DNA from: Candidatus Poribacteria bacterium
Lineage (GTDB): Bacteria; Poribacteria; WGA-4E; WGA-3G
Length of the DNA stretch: 64,000 bases
Direction: 5' to 3'
Assembly: GCA_965205015.1 (NCBI GenBank)
Contig: OZ242029.1
Span: forward strand, 4,384,001 to 4,448,000
The position numbers were made by a program, and so were the translations under genes. Every line of letters begins with the position of its first letter. Position 1 is the first letter of the stretch. The notes under the pieces were generated by a model. It was not told where the DNA came from, did no database searches, and was given only the letters and a program-made list of their open reading frames with translations. Below are positions 29,161-38,913 of the stretch, one piece after another.

Positions 29161-30408
29161 ATGCGAATACCGATGCTTTTTCGTTTCTCACTCTACGGTT
29201 TCCTCAAAAATCAACGCTACTACGACCCTTTCCTGATTCTGGCATTTCTTGAAAAGGGACTGTCATTCTTTCAGATTGGGATCCTCATCGGATTTCGGGA
29301 GGTCTGTACCAACCTATTTGAAATCCCCTCTGGTGCAGTCGCAGACCTGTATGGTCGTCGCAGTTCGATGATCTTCTCCTTCTCTGCCTACATCGCCTCC
29401 TTCGTGACGTTCGCGCTGAGCAACTCACTCTTTCTACTGTTTTTGGGGATGTTCTTCTTCGGCTTAGGTGATGCCTTTCGGAGCGGAACACATAAGGCGA
29501 TGATTTTCGACTGGGTTGACTTTGAGGGGCGATCGGATGAGAAAACAAAAATTTACGGATTCACCCGTTCATGGTCACAGATGGGGTCCGCCATTTCCGT
29601 GCTGATTGCCGGTGGATTGGTTTTCTACCGCGGCAACTTCACGGACATCTTCTGGTTCTCAATCATCCCCTACGCTCTCAACATCGTCAACTTCCTTGGC
29701 TATCCCAAACGCCTTGACGGTGAGCGAAAAAACGAATTTTCACTCAGAGCCGTTGCCATCCTTCTCGGAGCCGCTTTGAAACAGTCTGTCCAATTCCGGC
29801 CACTGCGACGGCTCGTTTTTGAGTCAATGGGATTTGAGGGTATGTACAAAGCCTGTAAAGACTACTTGCAACCCATTCTTCAACAGACCGCAATAGCATT
29901 GCCGTTGTTTTTAGCCTTTGATACAGAAAAGCGGTCAGCGGTGCTGGTAGCCCTCGTATACTTTGTGTTGTACTTCCTCTCTTCCCTTGCCGCCCGCAAT
30001 TCTCACCAAATCGCTGATTGGCGTGGAAGTGATGATGGCGCAGCGCGTTTTATGTGGTGGATCAACGGTGCGATATTCGTCCTTTTAGTCCCAACATTGT
30101 GGTTCAACTGGTATCCGGCAATGATCGCCCTTTTTGTTGGATTGGCGATCCTCCAGAATTTCTGGCGACCGGTGCTCATCGCTCGGTTCAACACGAATTC
30201 TGCACCAGATATGAGCGCGACAGTGCTCTCCATCGAAGCACAGTCTCAATCGGTAGCAACGATTGTGCTCGCGCCTTTACTCGGCTGGACAGTCGATCTT
30301 GTTGATGGATTCTGGACAGTAGGTGTCACAGGTCTGGTCATTGCGATAGTGATTATCCTCACAGGATTGCCCCTGAACGTTCAGAAAGAACAAGAGATAC
30401 ACTCTTAA
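29161..30408 (+). CDS. MFS transporter
   Basis: About 12 TM segments, motif A-like GAVADLYGRR. Confidence 0.9.
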   Translation: MRIPMLFRFSLYGFLKNQRYYDPFLILAFLEKGLSFFQIGILIGFREVCTNLFEIPSGAVADLYGRRSSMIFSFSAYIASFVTFALSNSLFLLFLGMFFFGLGDAFRSGTHKAMIFDWVDFEGRSDEKTKIYGFTRSWSQMGSAISVLIAGGLVFYRGNFTDIFWFSIIPYALNIVNFLGYPKRLDGERKNEFSLRAVAILLGAALKQSVQFRPLRRLVFESMGFEGMYKACKDYLQPILQQTAIALPLFLAFDTEKRSAVLVALVYFVLYFLSSLAARNSHQIADWRGSDDGAARFMWWINGAIFVLLVPTLWFNWYPAMIALFVGLAILQNFWRPVLIARFNTNSAPDMSATVLSIEAQSQSVATIVLAPLLGWTVDLVDGFWTVGVTGLVIAIVIILTGLPLNVQKEQEIHS

Positions 30409-30455
30409 CTTAAATTATAGTGTCAGAACTTTTGTGGATACATTACAAACGCTGC

Positions 30456-30560
30456 TGTTCAGAAACTGAACAGTGAAAAACACTTCTTCGCGCAATATTG
30501 ACCAAAAACTCTCTCCTAAAGGTATTTTTCGGTTGAATTCACTTTGGCACGAAAATTGCC
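30456..30560 (+). promoter_or_regulatory. sigma54 promoter with upstream palindromic enhancer
   Basis: TGTTCA-GAAAC-TGAACA (30456-72) and TGGCAC-GAAAA-TTGCC (30545-60). Confidence 0.75.
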
Positions 30561-30576
30561 CATTATGTTCACACAA

Positions 30577-30672
30577 CTGCGAACCAACTGGGATAGCCTC
30601 CTCCTTGGAAAAATTTGGAGCGGTGCAATAGGCTTTCCCATATTTTGACTGTTGCATTGCTCCCTCTATCAA
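30577..30672 (+). ncRNA. conserved structured leader/sRNA, copy 1
   Basis: Similar to 34875-34970; helices 30589-99/30630-40 and 30617-31/30649-63. Confidence 0.6.
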
Positions 30673-30875
30673 CCCAAAAATCGTCTTTAGAACTTGCAAA
30701 ATCACTGAGAGGTGCTAAAATGTTATTATGGAAGAAGAAACCGGAGATAACGCGTCAAGACGGTTGGCTCAAGGTCGATTATCAAGATTGTAGAGTAAAT
30801 TCCGTTCCTCAATGTCCGATTTATACAGGAACATAGCGAAACCCAACAACCTAAACACGAGGATGGGAGAAACAC

Positions 30876-33698
30876 ATGCGTATTATTACAATAGTCATAT
30901 TTTTTCTTCTATTACTTAGTGGGTGTGGCATAAAATCAGTCCAACCACCGGCACCTGTCACAGCAGAAATCGTTAGAAAAGCCGACTGGGAGGTAGAATT
31001 CAGGGATGTCTTCTTCCGCGATGCAAAGCACGGTTGGGTCATTGGAGAGAAAGGGACAATCCTCTACACAGAAGACGGTGGCAAAAATTGGAAAACGCAG
31101 AAGAGCGACACTGAAGCACGTCTGAACAAGATGCAGTTCATAGATGAAAAGCGCGGTTGGATTGTCGGAAACGAAGGAACTTTCTTACGAACAGGAAACG
31201 GCGGGAAAAAATGGCAGAAACGGGTTGTCAGGGACGGGAGCATGAGTCTGATCAGCCTTCACTTCTTGGACGAACAACGCGGCTGGATAACTGGGGAAGG
31301 GGGTGCGCTCTATTATACGGCAGACGGCGGAGAATCGTGGGACTTCCGTGCCAGCGGTGTGGGTGAAGCACTCCTCGACATCCACTTTGTTAGCGAAAAT
31401 GAAGGCTGGTTGATCGCACAACTCGGCACAACATTGCACACGACAGACGGCGGGAAAACATGGGATTATAAATCGGTAGGACCTCAGGACGGTCTGCTTA
31501 ATATACAGTTCGATTCTGACCAGAAAACGGGCTGGGCTGTCGGAATTGCGTCTGCTGTGCTCTCAACGACAGACGGCGGAAAAACGTGGACCCGTGGGGA
31601 ACCCGGCATTGAAGGCTCCCACGCCATCTATGATCTCTGCTTTACAGATACGAAAAAAGGATGGTTAGTCTCACAAGTTGGGGGCGTGATACACACACAG
31701 GACGGTGGACAGACATGGACGGTTCAAGAGACAGGTACACGTAGTGATCTGATGGCTGTGCATTCTCCTGACGCGAAACATGTTTGGGCAGTCGGCAGCT
31801 ACGGAACAATGCTGCATTCTACCGATGGTGGGAAAATGTGGATAATTGATTCCGAAAGTAATGCCGAACCTTTAGCAGGTGTGGAGATGGCGGATAGCGG
31901 ACGCGGCTGGGCTGTTGGGCGTCGCGGGGCAATCTTCCGCACGGAAAATGAAGGACGCTCTTGGGAGCAACAGGACAGTGGTCTCTCTGTCGGTTTGAAT
32001 AAGGTGACCGCTGTGGACGAAGAACAGGCGTGGGCAATCGGTGATTCCGGCTACATTTTGCACACCAAAGACGGAGAGACATGGGAGGTCCAAAAAGGCT
32101 ATGACTGGATCGGTCTGCACGATGTCCAGTTTCTAAACAGTCAGCGGGGTTGGGCTGTTGGGGATATGGGGGGTATCTTTTATACCAACAACGGTGGTGA
32201 AAATTGGATTGAGCAACGGGGTTATATTTTTGAGCTCTTAAAAGGTCTCTGCTTTGTTTCACCGAATGAGGGATGGACGATCGGTTGGCCCGGCAAAATC
32301 CTCCACACTGTCGATGGTGGGAAAACATGGGAACCCCAAGAGAGTGGGACATTTAACGAACTCTACTCGATCTATTTCATAGATACCGAACTCGGTTGGA
32401 TCTCTGGACAATACGGACTCATCCTTCATACTGCTGATGGGGGTAAAACGTGGAACTCCCAGTATACTCGCACACAGGCGAATCTCAATAAAGTCTTTTT
32501 CGCTTCTCCCACAGTAGGAATAGCCGTTGGTGACGAAGGAACGCTCCTCCTCACACAGGACGGCGGGAAGACATGGACACGGGAGGACAGTGGAACGGAC
32601 AAAAATCTTAGCGATATCAGTGTCACGGAGGATAAAATATTTGCTGTCGGCGAAGACGGTATCGCTCTCGCCTATACGGTTCCGTCAATATCAAAATATA
32701 CACCACGCAAACGATTCTTTGAGGAGACTGAAACCGAGCTGCCGAAGGTAGAGGTTGGATGGGAAATTTTACGCAACGACGGACCCTTCCGCATAATGGG
32801 AGTAGAGTCCGGCATAAAACCAGCGGATATTTCCTTTATCAACGCTATTGAAGGATGGGCAGTCGGTAATTCCGGTACGATGCTCCACACCTTAGACGGC
32901 GGGAACACGTGGAAAAGCGTTGAATCGCCTGCGGACACGCCTCTAATTGCCGTGCATTTTGTCTCTTCAGAAATCGGTTGGGTACTCACCCAAGACGCGA
33001 GTTTCTTATCCACAACCGACGGCGGCAAAACATGGCAGATTCTGAACGAAACCACTAAGCCCGTGATAAGTACCTACGACGAAGAAAGGCGTCCTATAGA
33101 AGAACCGTGTGAACTTTATACGGCACATTTTCAGGGTTTCGGTGAAGGGTGGGTTGTTGGTAAAGAAGGCGTTATTCTACACAACAAGGACGGAAATACA
33201 ATCTGGAGACATCAGGAAAACGAGACTTCAGCATCCTACCGCGACATCCAGATGGTGGAGGAGCATTACGGTTGGGCTGTTGGGTCGTGGGGAAAGGTTC
33301 TTTGGACGAACAACCAAGGCAATACATGGCATCTACAGACAACCAACACAGGATATGACCTGTACGGTCTATCTTTCCTGAATCGCGTAGAAGGGTGGAC
33401 TGTTGGAAGAGACGGCATCGTTCTCCGAACATCAGACGGTGGTTTGGCGTGGTCTGCAGTCAACACAGGGATAAGCACACACCTCTATGATGTCTCCTTC
33501 ATCAACAAAATGGAAGGCTGGATTGTTGGAGAAGGTGGACTCATCCTGCATACCAGGGACCGTGGAGAAACATGGGTAATCGAGGAATCCGGCACCAGCG
33601 AAGATTTGTACCACGTTGAGCATGTCAAAGGACTTGGTATCGTTGTGCTCGGTGCGAACGGCACTATCCTCAAGCGAAAGATAGAGACGCAATCTTAG
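30876..33698 (+). CDS. YCF48/BNR(Asp-box)-repeat beta-propeller lipoprotein
   Basis: Lipobox LLSGC; about 20 repeats of GW.VG..G.ILHT.DGG.TW. Confidence 0.9.
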   Translation: MRIITIVIFFLLLLSGCGIKSVQPPAPVTAEIVRKADWEVEFRDVFFRDAKHGWVIGEKGTILYTEDGGKNWKTQKSDTEARLNKMQFIDEKRGWIVGNEGTFLRTGNGGKKWQKRVVRDGSMSLISLHFLDEQRGWITGEGGALYYTADGGESWDFRASGVGEALLDIHFVSENEGWLIAQLGTTLHTTDGGKTWDYKSVGPQDGLLNIQFDSDQKTGWAVGIASAVLSTTDGGKTWTRGEPGIEGSHAIYDLCFTDTKKGWLVSQVGGVIHTQDGGQTWTVQETGTRSDLMAVHSPDAKHVWAVGSYGTMLHSTDGGKMWIIDSESNAEPLAGVEMADSGRGWAVGRRGAIFRTENEGRSWEQQDSGLSVGLNKVTAVDEEQAWAIGDSGYILHTKDGETWEVQKGYDWIGLHDVQFLNSQRGWAVGDMGGIFYTNNGGENWIEQRGYIFELLKGLCFVSPNEGWTIGWPGKILHTVDGGKTWEPQESGTFNELYSIYFIDTELGWISGQYGLILHTADGGKTWNSQYTRTQANLNKVFFASPTVGIAVGDEGTLLLTQDGGKTWTREDSGTDKNLSDISVTEDKIFAVGEDGIALAYTVPSISKYTPRKRFFEETETELPKVEVGWEILRNDGPFRIMGVESGIKPADISFINAIEGWAVGNSGTMLHTLDGGNTWKSVESPADTPLIAVHFVSSEIGWVLTQDASFLSTTDGGKTWQILNETTKPVISTYDEERRPIEEPCELYTAHFQGFGEGWVVGKEGVILHNKDGNTIWRHQENETSASYRDIQMVEEHYGWAVGSWGKVLWTNNQGNTWHLQTTNTGYDLYGLSFLNRVEGWTVGRDGIVLRTSDGGLAWSAVNTGISTHLYDVSFINKMEGWIVGEGGLILHTRDRGETWVIEESGTSEDLYHVEHVKGLGIVVLGANGTILKRKIETQS

Positions 33699-33722
33699 AT
33701 TCGATCAGGAGAAGTTTTATTG

Positions 33723-34676
33723 ATGAAACGAATATTATTTCTATTGATGGTACTATTCAACAGTAGTCTGTTGATAATCAACGTTTGGGGCAGCGGTAGG
33801 GTTTCCTTCACCTCCGATAGGGCAGGAAACCTTGACATTTACATCATAAATATAAATGGTAAGAATCTCACCAACTTAACCAATCATCCATCAGACGATT
33901 TCTCACCGACCTGGTCTCCAGACGGTCGCGCTTTTGCCTATGTCTCAAACAGAGACGGGAATCCAGAGATTTACGTAATGGATGTGGATACGAAAGAATC
34001 CCGAAGAATCACAAACCATCGAGCGACTGATGTGGATCCCGCATGGGCCCCGGATGGCAAGTGGATCGCATTCGCATCCAACCAAGCGCGCGACCATGCC
34101 GCCGACACTGACATCTACAGAATGGACGTGAATGGCAAGAAGGTTCAGAGACTCACAAACAAAGGTGGACACAATTCAACGCCCGCATGGTCCCCGGACG
34201 GAGAGTGGATCGCGTTTCGTTCCACGCAAGATGGCATCGGCGGTATCCACGTCATGAACGCTGATGGTGAAAAACAGAGAGCACTCACACAGGTTTCCGC
34301 AACAGGTCCCACTTGGGCTTCCAACGGAAAACAGATTTATTTTTCCAGCGAGAAGCTGGGCGGTGTAAAAATGCCGGCACTGTTCGCAGTGGATGTTGAT
34401 GGAGAAAATCCGAAAAAATTGACAGACGCGGGACACGCTTGTGAAGAACCTGATGGATCCCCCGACGGTCAGTGGATCGCCTATGTATCCGTTCAAGACG
34501 GGAACAAAGACATCTATCTTATCCGTGCGGCGCGGGGTGGTCTCCGAAAATTGACCCAAGATGCGGGACTGGAATTTTCTCCCGCTTGGGTCCCATCTGC
34601 GTTTAGTGTTTCACCGAACGCGAACACACAGATAATGCTCTGGGGAATACTCAAGCGAACAACAAAGAAAAAATAA
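33723..34676 (+). CDS. TolB-like PD40-repeat secreted protein with C-terminal tag
   Basis: Repeated P.WSPDG..IAF.S; C-terminus SVSPNANTQIMLWGILK. Confidence 0.85.
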   Translation: MKRILFLLMVLFNSSLLIINVWGSGRVSFTSDRAGNLDIYIININGKNLTNLTNHPSDDFSPTWSPDGRAFAYVSNRDGNPEIYVMDVDTKESRRITNHRATDVDPAWAPDGKWIAFASNQARDHAADTDIYRMDVNGKKVQRLTNKGGHNSTPAWSPDGEWIAFRSTQDGIGGIHVMNADGEKQRALTQVSATGPTWASNGKQIYFSSEKLGGVKMPALFAVDVDGENPKKLTDAGHACEEPDGSPDGQWIAYVSVQDGNKDIYLIRAARGGLRKLTQDAGLEFSPAWVPSAFSVSPNANTQIMLWGILKRTTKKK

Positions 34677-34753
34677 TTCACTGTAAACACCCTACAGAAC
34701 CCAAAATGTAGACTGGGTTTCCTACCTTAGTACCTTCCTTAGCTTTGAAAAAT

Positions 34754-34858
34754 TGTCCATAAATTGAACACTAAAGAACATTCTATCGGGTAGAATCACG
34801 AGAAAACTACCTTTAAACCCAATTTTTCACCCGAATTGCCTTTGGCATGAAAATTGCT
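34754..34858 (+). promoter_or_regulatory. sigma54 promoter with upstream palindromic enhancer
   Basis: TGTCCA-TAAAT-TGAACA (34754-70) and TGGCAT-GAAAA-TTGCT (34843-58). Confidence 0.75.
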
Positions 34859-34874
34859 CTTATATTATCAAACG

Positions 34875-34970
34875 CTGCGTAAACTTGGGAGAGCCTGCCT
34901 CCTTGGAAATATACGGAGCGATGCAATAGGCTTTCCTATATCTCAATTGCTGCATCGCTCCTCCTATCAA
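34875..34970 (+). ncRNA. conserved structured leader/sRNA, copy 2
   Basis: Helices 34886-96/34928-38 and 34915-25/34951-61; CCTCCTT at 34898-34904. Confidence 0.6.
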
Positions 34971-35000
34971 TCGGAAACACTGTGTGTAAGGAGAACAATC

Positions 35001-35393
35001 ATGAACAGATGGAGATGCTTGCTCTTTATACTTGCTTGTTTATCACAGATGGGGTGTGCTGCGCTTCTCACGGAGCAGGAATACATCCTCATCGATCAGG
35101 ATATAGAAGAAAAGATGACTTTCCATGGGGAAATTTATTCGCTGCCAGAGAGAGCGGACATTCGGAAAATTGTGCTTCTCGGTTCTGGAAAAATCCGAAA
35201 CATTGAACTTCACGTGCGTGATAAGAGAAACCGATGGACACCCGCCAAGAAAGTACCGGGCGGAATTCAGTTTCCGTATGAAATCCTACTTATTGCTAAA
35301 ACAGACGCTATCAAAATTATAAAACACTCAATGACTGGAGCCGGTCGCATTGAGAAGGTGCAATTTTACACAATTGCCGATAAAGGAGATTAA
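35001..35393 (+). CDS. small lipoprotein, hypothetical
   Basis: RBS AAGGAG, ATG 35001, lipobox-like LSQMGC. Confidence 0.65.
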   Translation: MNRWRCLLFILACLSQMGCAALLTEQEYILIDQDIEEKMTFHGEIYSLPERADIRKIVLLGSGKIRNIELHVRDKRNRWTPAKKVPGGIQFPYEILLIAKTDAIKIIKHSMTGAGRIEKVQFYTIADKGD

Positions 35394-35395
35394 AA

Positions 35396-36286
35396 ATGAT
35401 ATACCGGCAACTCTTTACATGCCTCCTTCTGCTAACATTGATCGCGCGCAATGGCACAGCATTTCCACCCTCTTCACCCGCGGGTGGAAACTATTTAGCC
35501 CTTGATGGTGTGGACGATTACGCCGTTTTAGACTTTAAAACCTTTGATGTACTCTTACCGAAAGGCACGAATGAGTTCACTGTTGAAGCGTGGGTATACC
35601 CAACGACCCCACCTAATAAGAATACAACAGCAATGATTCTCAGTCAACAGGTACAGATGCGCGTCGTAAGCTATGAGTACGAGGGATACGAGAAGCTGAA
35701 AAAGGCTATTGATTGGCGGAGGGGAGACCTACTTCTGATAGTCGATGGCTACGTTCCGTTCGCAGGAAAAACTGGCAAGGTACCTTTTTTCCCAATCACG
35801 ATTTCTCCGAACCAATGGTATCACATCGTTTATCAGGCGAAAAGAAAACAGACAACGACTATTGTCAATAGTCTTGCACAGACATTGCCGCAAGGAACAA
35901 TTATCGCACATGATCTTTCAACACTCTGGCATCCAAGAGATTTTACACTCGGAGGGTTTGGAAAGAAAGTTGACGTACGCAATGTGGCGAATGCCTTTTT
36001 GGGATCCTTTACAGGATATATTGATGAGGTTCGCATCTCGACCATCGCCCGCTACGATGTCGCTAAAAAGGCTTTCGCACCGCACAGAAGGTTCAAGACT
36101 GACGCAAAAACGGTCGCCTTGTGGCACTTTGATGAACCCGGTGGCATACGAAAATTCTCAGATGCGTCGGGCAACGCATATCATCTGATAGGGAAAGGTG
36201 GCGCAAAAACCGGCATCCCGCTCGCCGTCGAAGCACAAGGAAAACTGGCAACTACATGGGGCGCAATGAAGCAGACGCAGCCATAG
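35396..36286 (+). CDS. secreted LamG-like jelly-roll protein with C-terminal tag
   Basis: LALDGVDDY, FTVEAWVYP, GYIDEVRIS, ALWHFDE; ends AVEAQGKLATTWGAMK. Confidence 0.85.
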   Translation: MIYRQLFTCLLLLTLIARNGTAFPPSSPAGGNYLALDGVDDYAVLDFKTFDVLLPKGTNEFTVEAWVYPTTPPNKNTTAMILSQQVQMRVVSYEYEGYEKLKKAIDWRRGDLLLIVDGYVPFAGKTGKVPFFPITISPNQWYHIVYQAKRKQTTTIVNSLAQTLPQGTIIAHDLSTLWHPRDFTLGGFGKKVDVRNVANAFLGSFTGYIDEVRISTIARYDVAKKAFAPHRRFKTDAKTVALWHFDEPGGIRKFSDASGNAYHLIGKGGAKTGIPLAVEAQGKLATTWGAMKQTQP

Positions 36287-36414
36287 ATTGCAATCCGTCG
36301 GATCGGAAAGTCGGTCCGTTATTGAGACGGGTTCCCCTCTGAGGCATAATGAATTGCGCTACTACGAACCGCTACGCTGAAAATCGAATCGTGACGATTC
36401 ATGGAGCCATTCTG

Positions 36415-38607
36415 ATGATCCGGCACTCCAGCATACTCTTACTAACGCTTCTATCTATTTCGGTGAGTCAACTCGATGCCGCGGAACCGCTGCTCACTAT
36501 CGGCAAGCCGCCACTCGATGACATCGCATACACACCCGATGGGCGTTTTTTGGCAACGTTGTCCATTTCATATTGGATTGAATTGTTAGATGCAGAGACC
36601 TTCGTTCCGGTGCATCACATTGACACGGTTGAGGGAGAACATCTCCGGTTTTCACCCGATGGCGCGCAATTGGCAATTTTCGGAGATAGAGCAAATATTC
36701 AACTCTGGGACGTCGACCCTCCTCGACTGCGGGCTACGATTCCCGTGAAAACGGTGCACGTCACATTTTCACCCGACGGCAAGTATCTCGCCTACACCGT
36801 TCGTGATACTGTCTACCTATGGCACCTCAGAGAAAAGCAAGTGGTTATGGAGTTGACCAATGGAGCGCCGATCACGGCAATCGAATTTCACCCAAACCTC
36901 CCGATTCTTGTCAGTGGTCATCCAGAAGATCCCGTGACATTCTGGAATGTGGACACCGGGCAGATTCAACGACGATTCCCTACGGTTTTACGACATCCGA
37001 AAAAACTCCGGTTCAGTCCTAATGGCGCATTTCTCGGTGTTCTATTGGAACACACAGATGTTTATCTCTTTGAAACCGCCACAGGTGCCTTACGAGAATA
37101 TTTCCATTCTGCTCTTGACTTCGGTTTCTCACCGGATGGCACCTACTTTTTCCTCGGCACAAGCGGCGCGATGCTCCAGCGACTCCACATCCCGACGGGG
37201 GGATGGGATAGCCAGTCCGTTGTTGATAAGCCAACGGAGTTCCGTGGAATGAGACGGGTTAAACGCCTCACTTTCCACCCCAATGGCTCCGAGTTTGCAA
37301 GTCAAATCGATTCTTACCGTATTAGCGTTTGGGACGTTAAGAAATTGTCTCGCCTAAAAACGCTTTCCGGCTGGGAGCAGACTTATACACAGGCTGCTTA
37401 TCTACCGAAGATTAATCGCTTAGTTACGGGCTTCAACACCAACATACTCCATTTCTGGGACACCCGCACCGGTAATCTGTTGAAAACGGTTGAGTTTCAC
37501 TCAAGGCTTTATCAAGTCGTCCCGAGTCCGGACGGACGGTCGGTTGCCCTTGATGTTGAGGCAACAAATCAGATCTGGGACGCGGCGTTAATGGAGCCGC
37601 GTCACGTCTTTCAAATTCGAGGCTATTTAGGAACACAGGCTGTGAATTTTTCGCCTTCTGGGAAGTACCTCGCCTCAAATACCTACCGCGGCACGTTTAT
37701 CTGGGAAGTGGACACCGGAAGACAGGTGAATTTGATTGACACTGACTGGTCAGATTTCTCACTCTTGCTGTTTACACCTGATGAACGGCAGATTGTATTG
37801 ATTCCACCTAACGATGAAGACCTCCAGCCGGCAGGCGATTTCATCGGGTTATGGGACATTCAAACAGGAGAGCGGGTTCGCAGCGTCGACGCGATCGGCC
37901 CACTCCTGTTCGGACGAGACAATTTCTTGCAAGTGCGTGATAGCCAAGAGGCTTTGGAGATTTTTGATATGGCGAGCGACAGGGAACTCAGCCAGATTCC
38001 GAAGCCGATACCGTTTCAACTGATACGCCGCTTTTCCGACATCCAATTCCATCCTACCGGGCGCATGGTTGCCGTTCGTTGGCCTGTGCGGACAACACCT
38101 GATAAACAACGATTTTATGATACCCAAACAGGACAGCGCTTAGCGGTTATGCCAGGGGCAGATTTACGGTTTGCAGGGAAAGGTGAATTTCTGCTCCTCC
38201 ACAACGAAAGTAGCAGTCAATTGGAAATTTACCGAACCCGGGATATAGTGAACGTTCCGGAATCGGCCCGTGTTGAGCCGCAGGCGCGACAGTTGGCACA
38301 ATGGGGTGCTATCAAAAGGAACGCGCTGCTACAAAACTTCCCTAACCCCTTCAATCCAGAAACATGGATTCCGTTCCGTCTTGCAAATGAGAGTCACGTT
38401 ACGATCCAGATTCATAATTTCGCAGGTCAGCTGGTGCGTCGCTTATCCCCTGGAACAATGCCTGCGGGTAACTATTCTTCACAGGCGCAAGCCGTCTATT
38501 GGGATGGACGCAATCAAGTGGGAGAGCCCGTGAGCAGTGGTGTCTATCTCTACACCATCAACGCAGGCAACTTCTCCGCAACCCGTAAAATGCTCATTTG
38601 GAAGTGA
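36415..38607 (+). CDS. secreted WD40-repeat protein with FlgD/T9SS-type C-terminal domain
   Basis: FSPDG/..WD repeats; LLQNFPNPFNPETWIPF...YWDGRN..GEPVSSGVYLY. Confidence 0.85.
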   Translation: MIRHSSILLLTLLSISVSQLDAAEPLLTIGKPPLDDIAYTPDGRFLATLSISYWIELLDAETFVPVHHIDTVEGEHLRFSPDGAQLAIFGDRANIQLWDVDPPRLRATIPVKTVHVTFSPDGKYLAYTVRDTVYLWHLREKQVVMELTNGAPITAIEFHPNLPILVSGHPEDPVTFWNVDTGQIQRRFPTVLRHPKKLRFSPNGAFLGVLLEHTDVYLFETATGALREYFHSALDFGFSPDGTYFFLGTSGAMLQRLHIPTGGWDSQSVVDKPTEFRGMRRVKRLTFHPNGSEFASQIDSYRISVWDVKKLSRLKTLSGWEQTYTQAAYLPKINRLVTGFNTNILHFWDTRTGNLLKTVEFHSRLYQVVPSPDGRSVALDVEATNQIWDAALMEPRHVFQIRGYLGTQAVNFSPSGKYLASNTYRGTFIWEVDTGRQVNLIDTDWSDFSLLLFTPDERQIVLIPPNDEDLQPAGDFIGLWDIQTGERVRSVDAIGPLLFGRDNFLQVRDSQEALEIFDMASDRELSQIPKPIPFQLIRRFSDIQFHPTGRMVAVRWPVRTTPDKQRFYDTQTGQRLAVMPGADLRFAGKGEFLLLHNESSSQLEIYRTRDIVNVPESARVEPQARQLAQWGAIKRNALLQNFPNPFNPETWIPFRLANESHVTIQIHNFAGQLVRRLSPGTMPAGNYSSQAQAVYWDGRNQVGEPVSSGVYLYTINAGNFSATRKMLIWK

Positions 38608-38689
38608 GACGGTTTGATGGCGTCGCAAACCTTTTGACTCATAAGCAAAAATTGGAGTTCCAAATAGGTTCCCTTCAGCATCACGTCTC

Positions 38690-38803
38690 TGCACCATTTT
38701 GTGCTATTCGGTCCAAGGTATGCCCTATTTTGTGCAGTTCTTCCTGGAATATCGCTAAGAATCCCTCCCAGTGTTGTATTTTCAGATTGGCACGGAATTT
38801 GCC
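38690..38803 (+). promoter_or_regulatory. sigma54 promoter with tandem NtrC-like upstream sites
   Basis: TGCACCATTTTGTGCT (38690) and TGCCCTATTTTGTGCA (38721), 31 bp apart; TGGCAC-GGAAT-TTGCC (38788-803). Confidence 0.7.
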
Positions 38804-38913
38804 ATAGTAAAGTCACATACTTTGAGTATTACGCTTAGGAGTATTGAAGTTCAGCAATTTATCGCTCCTAATCACTGATTCATCCCTATCGTTGCACGCC
38901 CTGGAGGTTTCTC

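Noticed and set aside
30577-30672. c-di-GMP-II riboswitch (loose likeness in GGAG..GUGCAA..GGCU)
   Set aside because: The complementary GCAC pseudoknot strand is missing and the pairing seen is different; only a cmscan could fully exclude it.
14876-33698. CRISPR-like or tandem DNA arrays
   Set aside because: Periodicity comes from protein repeats (Reg_prop, BNR) with divergent codons; no identical repeats with spacers and no cas genes.
30876-33698. Photosystem II assembly factor Ycf48 implying photosynthesis
   Set aside because: Generic BNR propeller about three times longer than Ycf48; no photosynthesis genes nearby.
34854-35000. N-terminal extension of the 179-aa ORF
   Set aside because: It spans the sigma54 box and leader RNA; the real start is ATG 35001 with RBS and lipoprotein signal.
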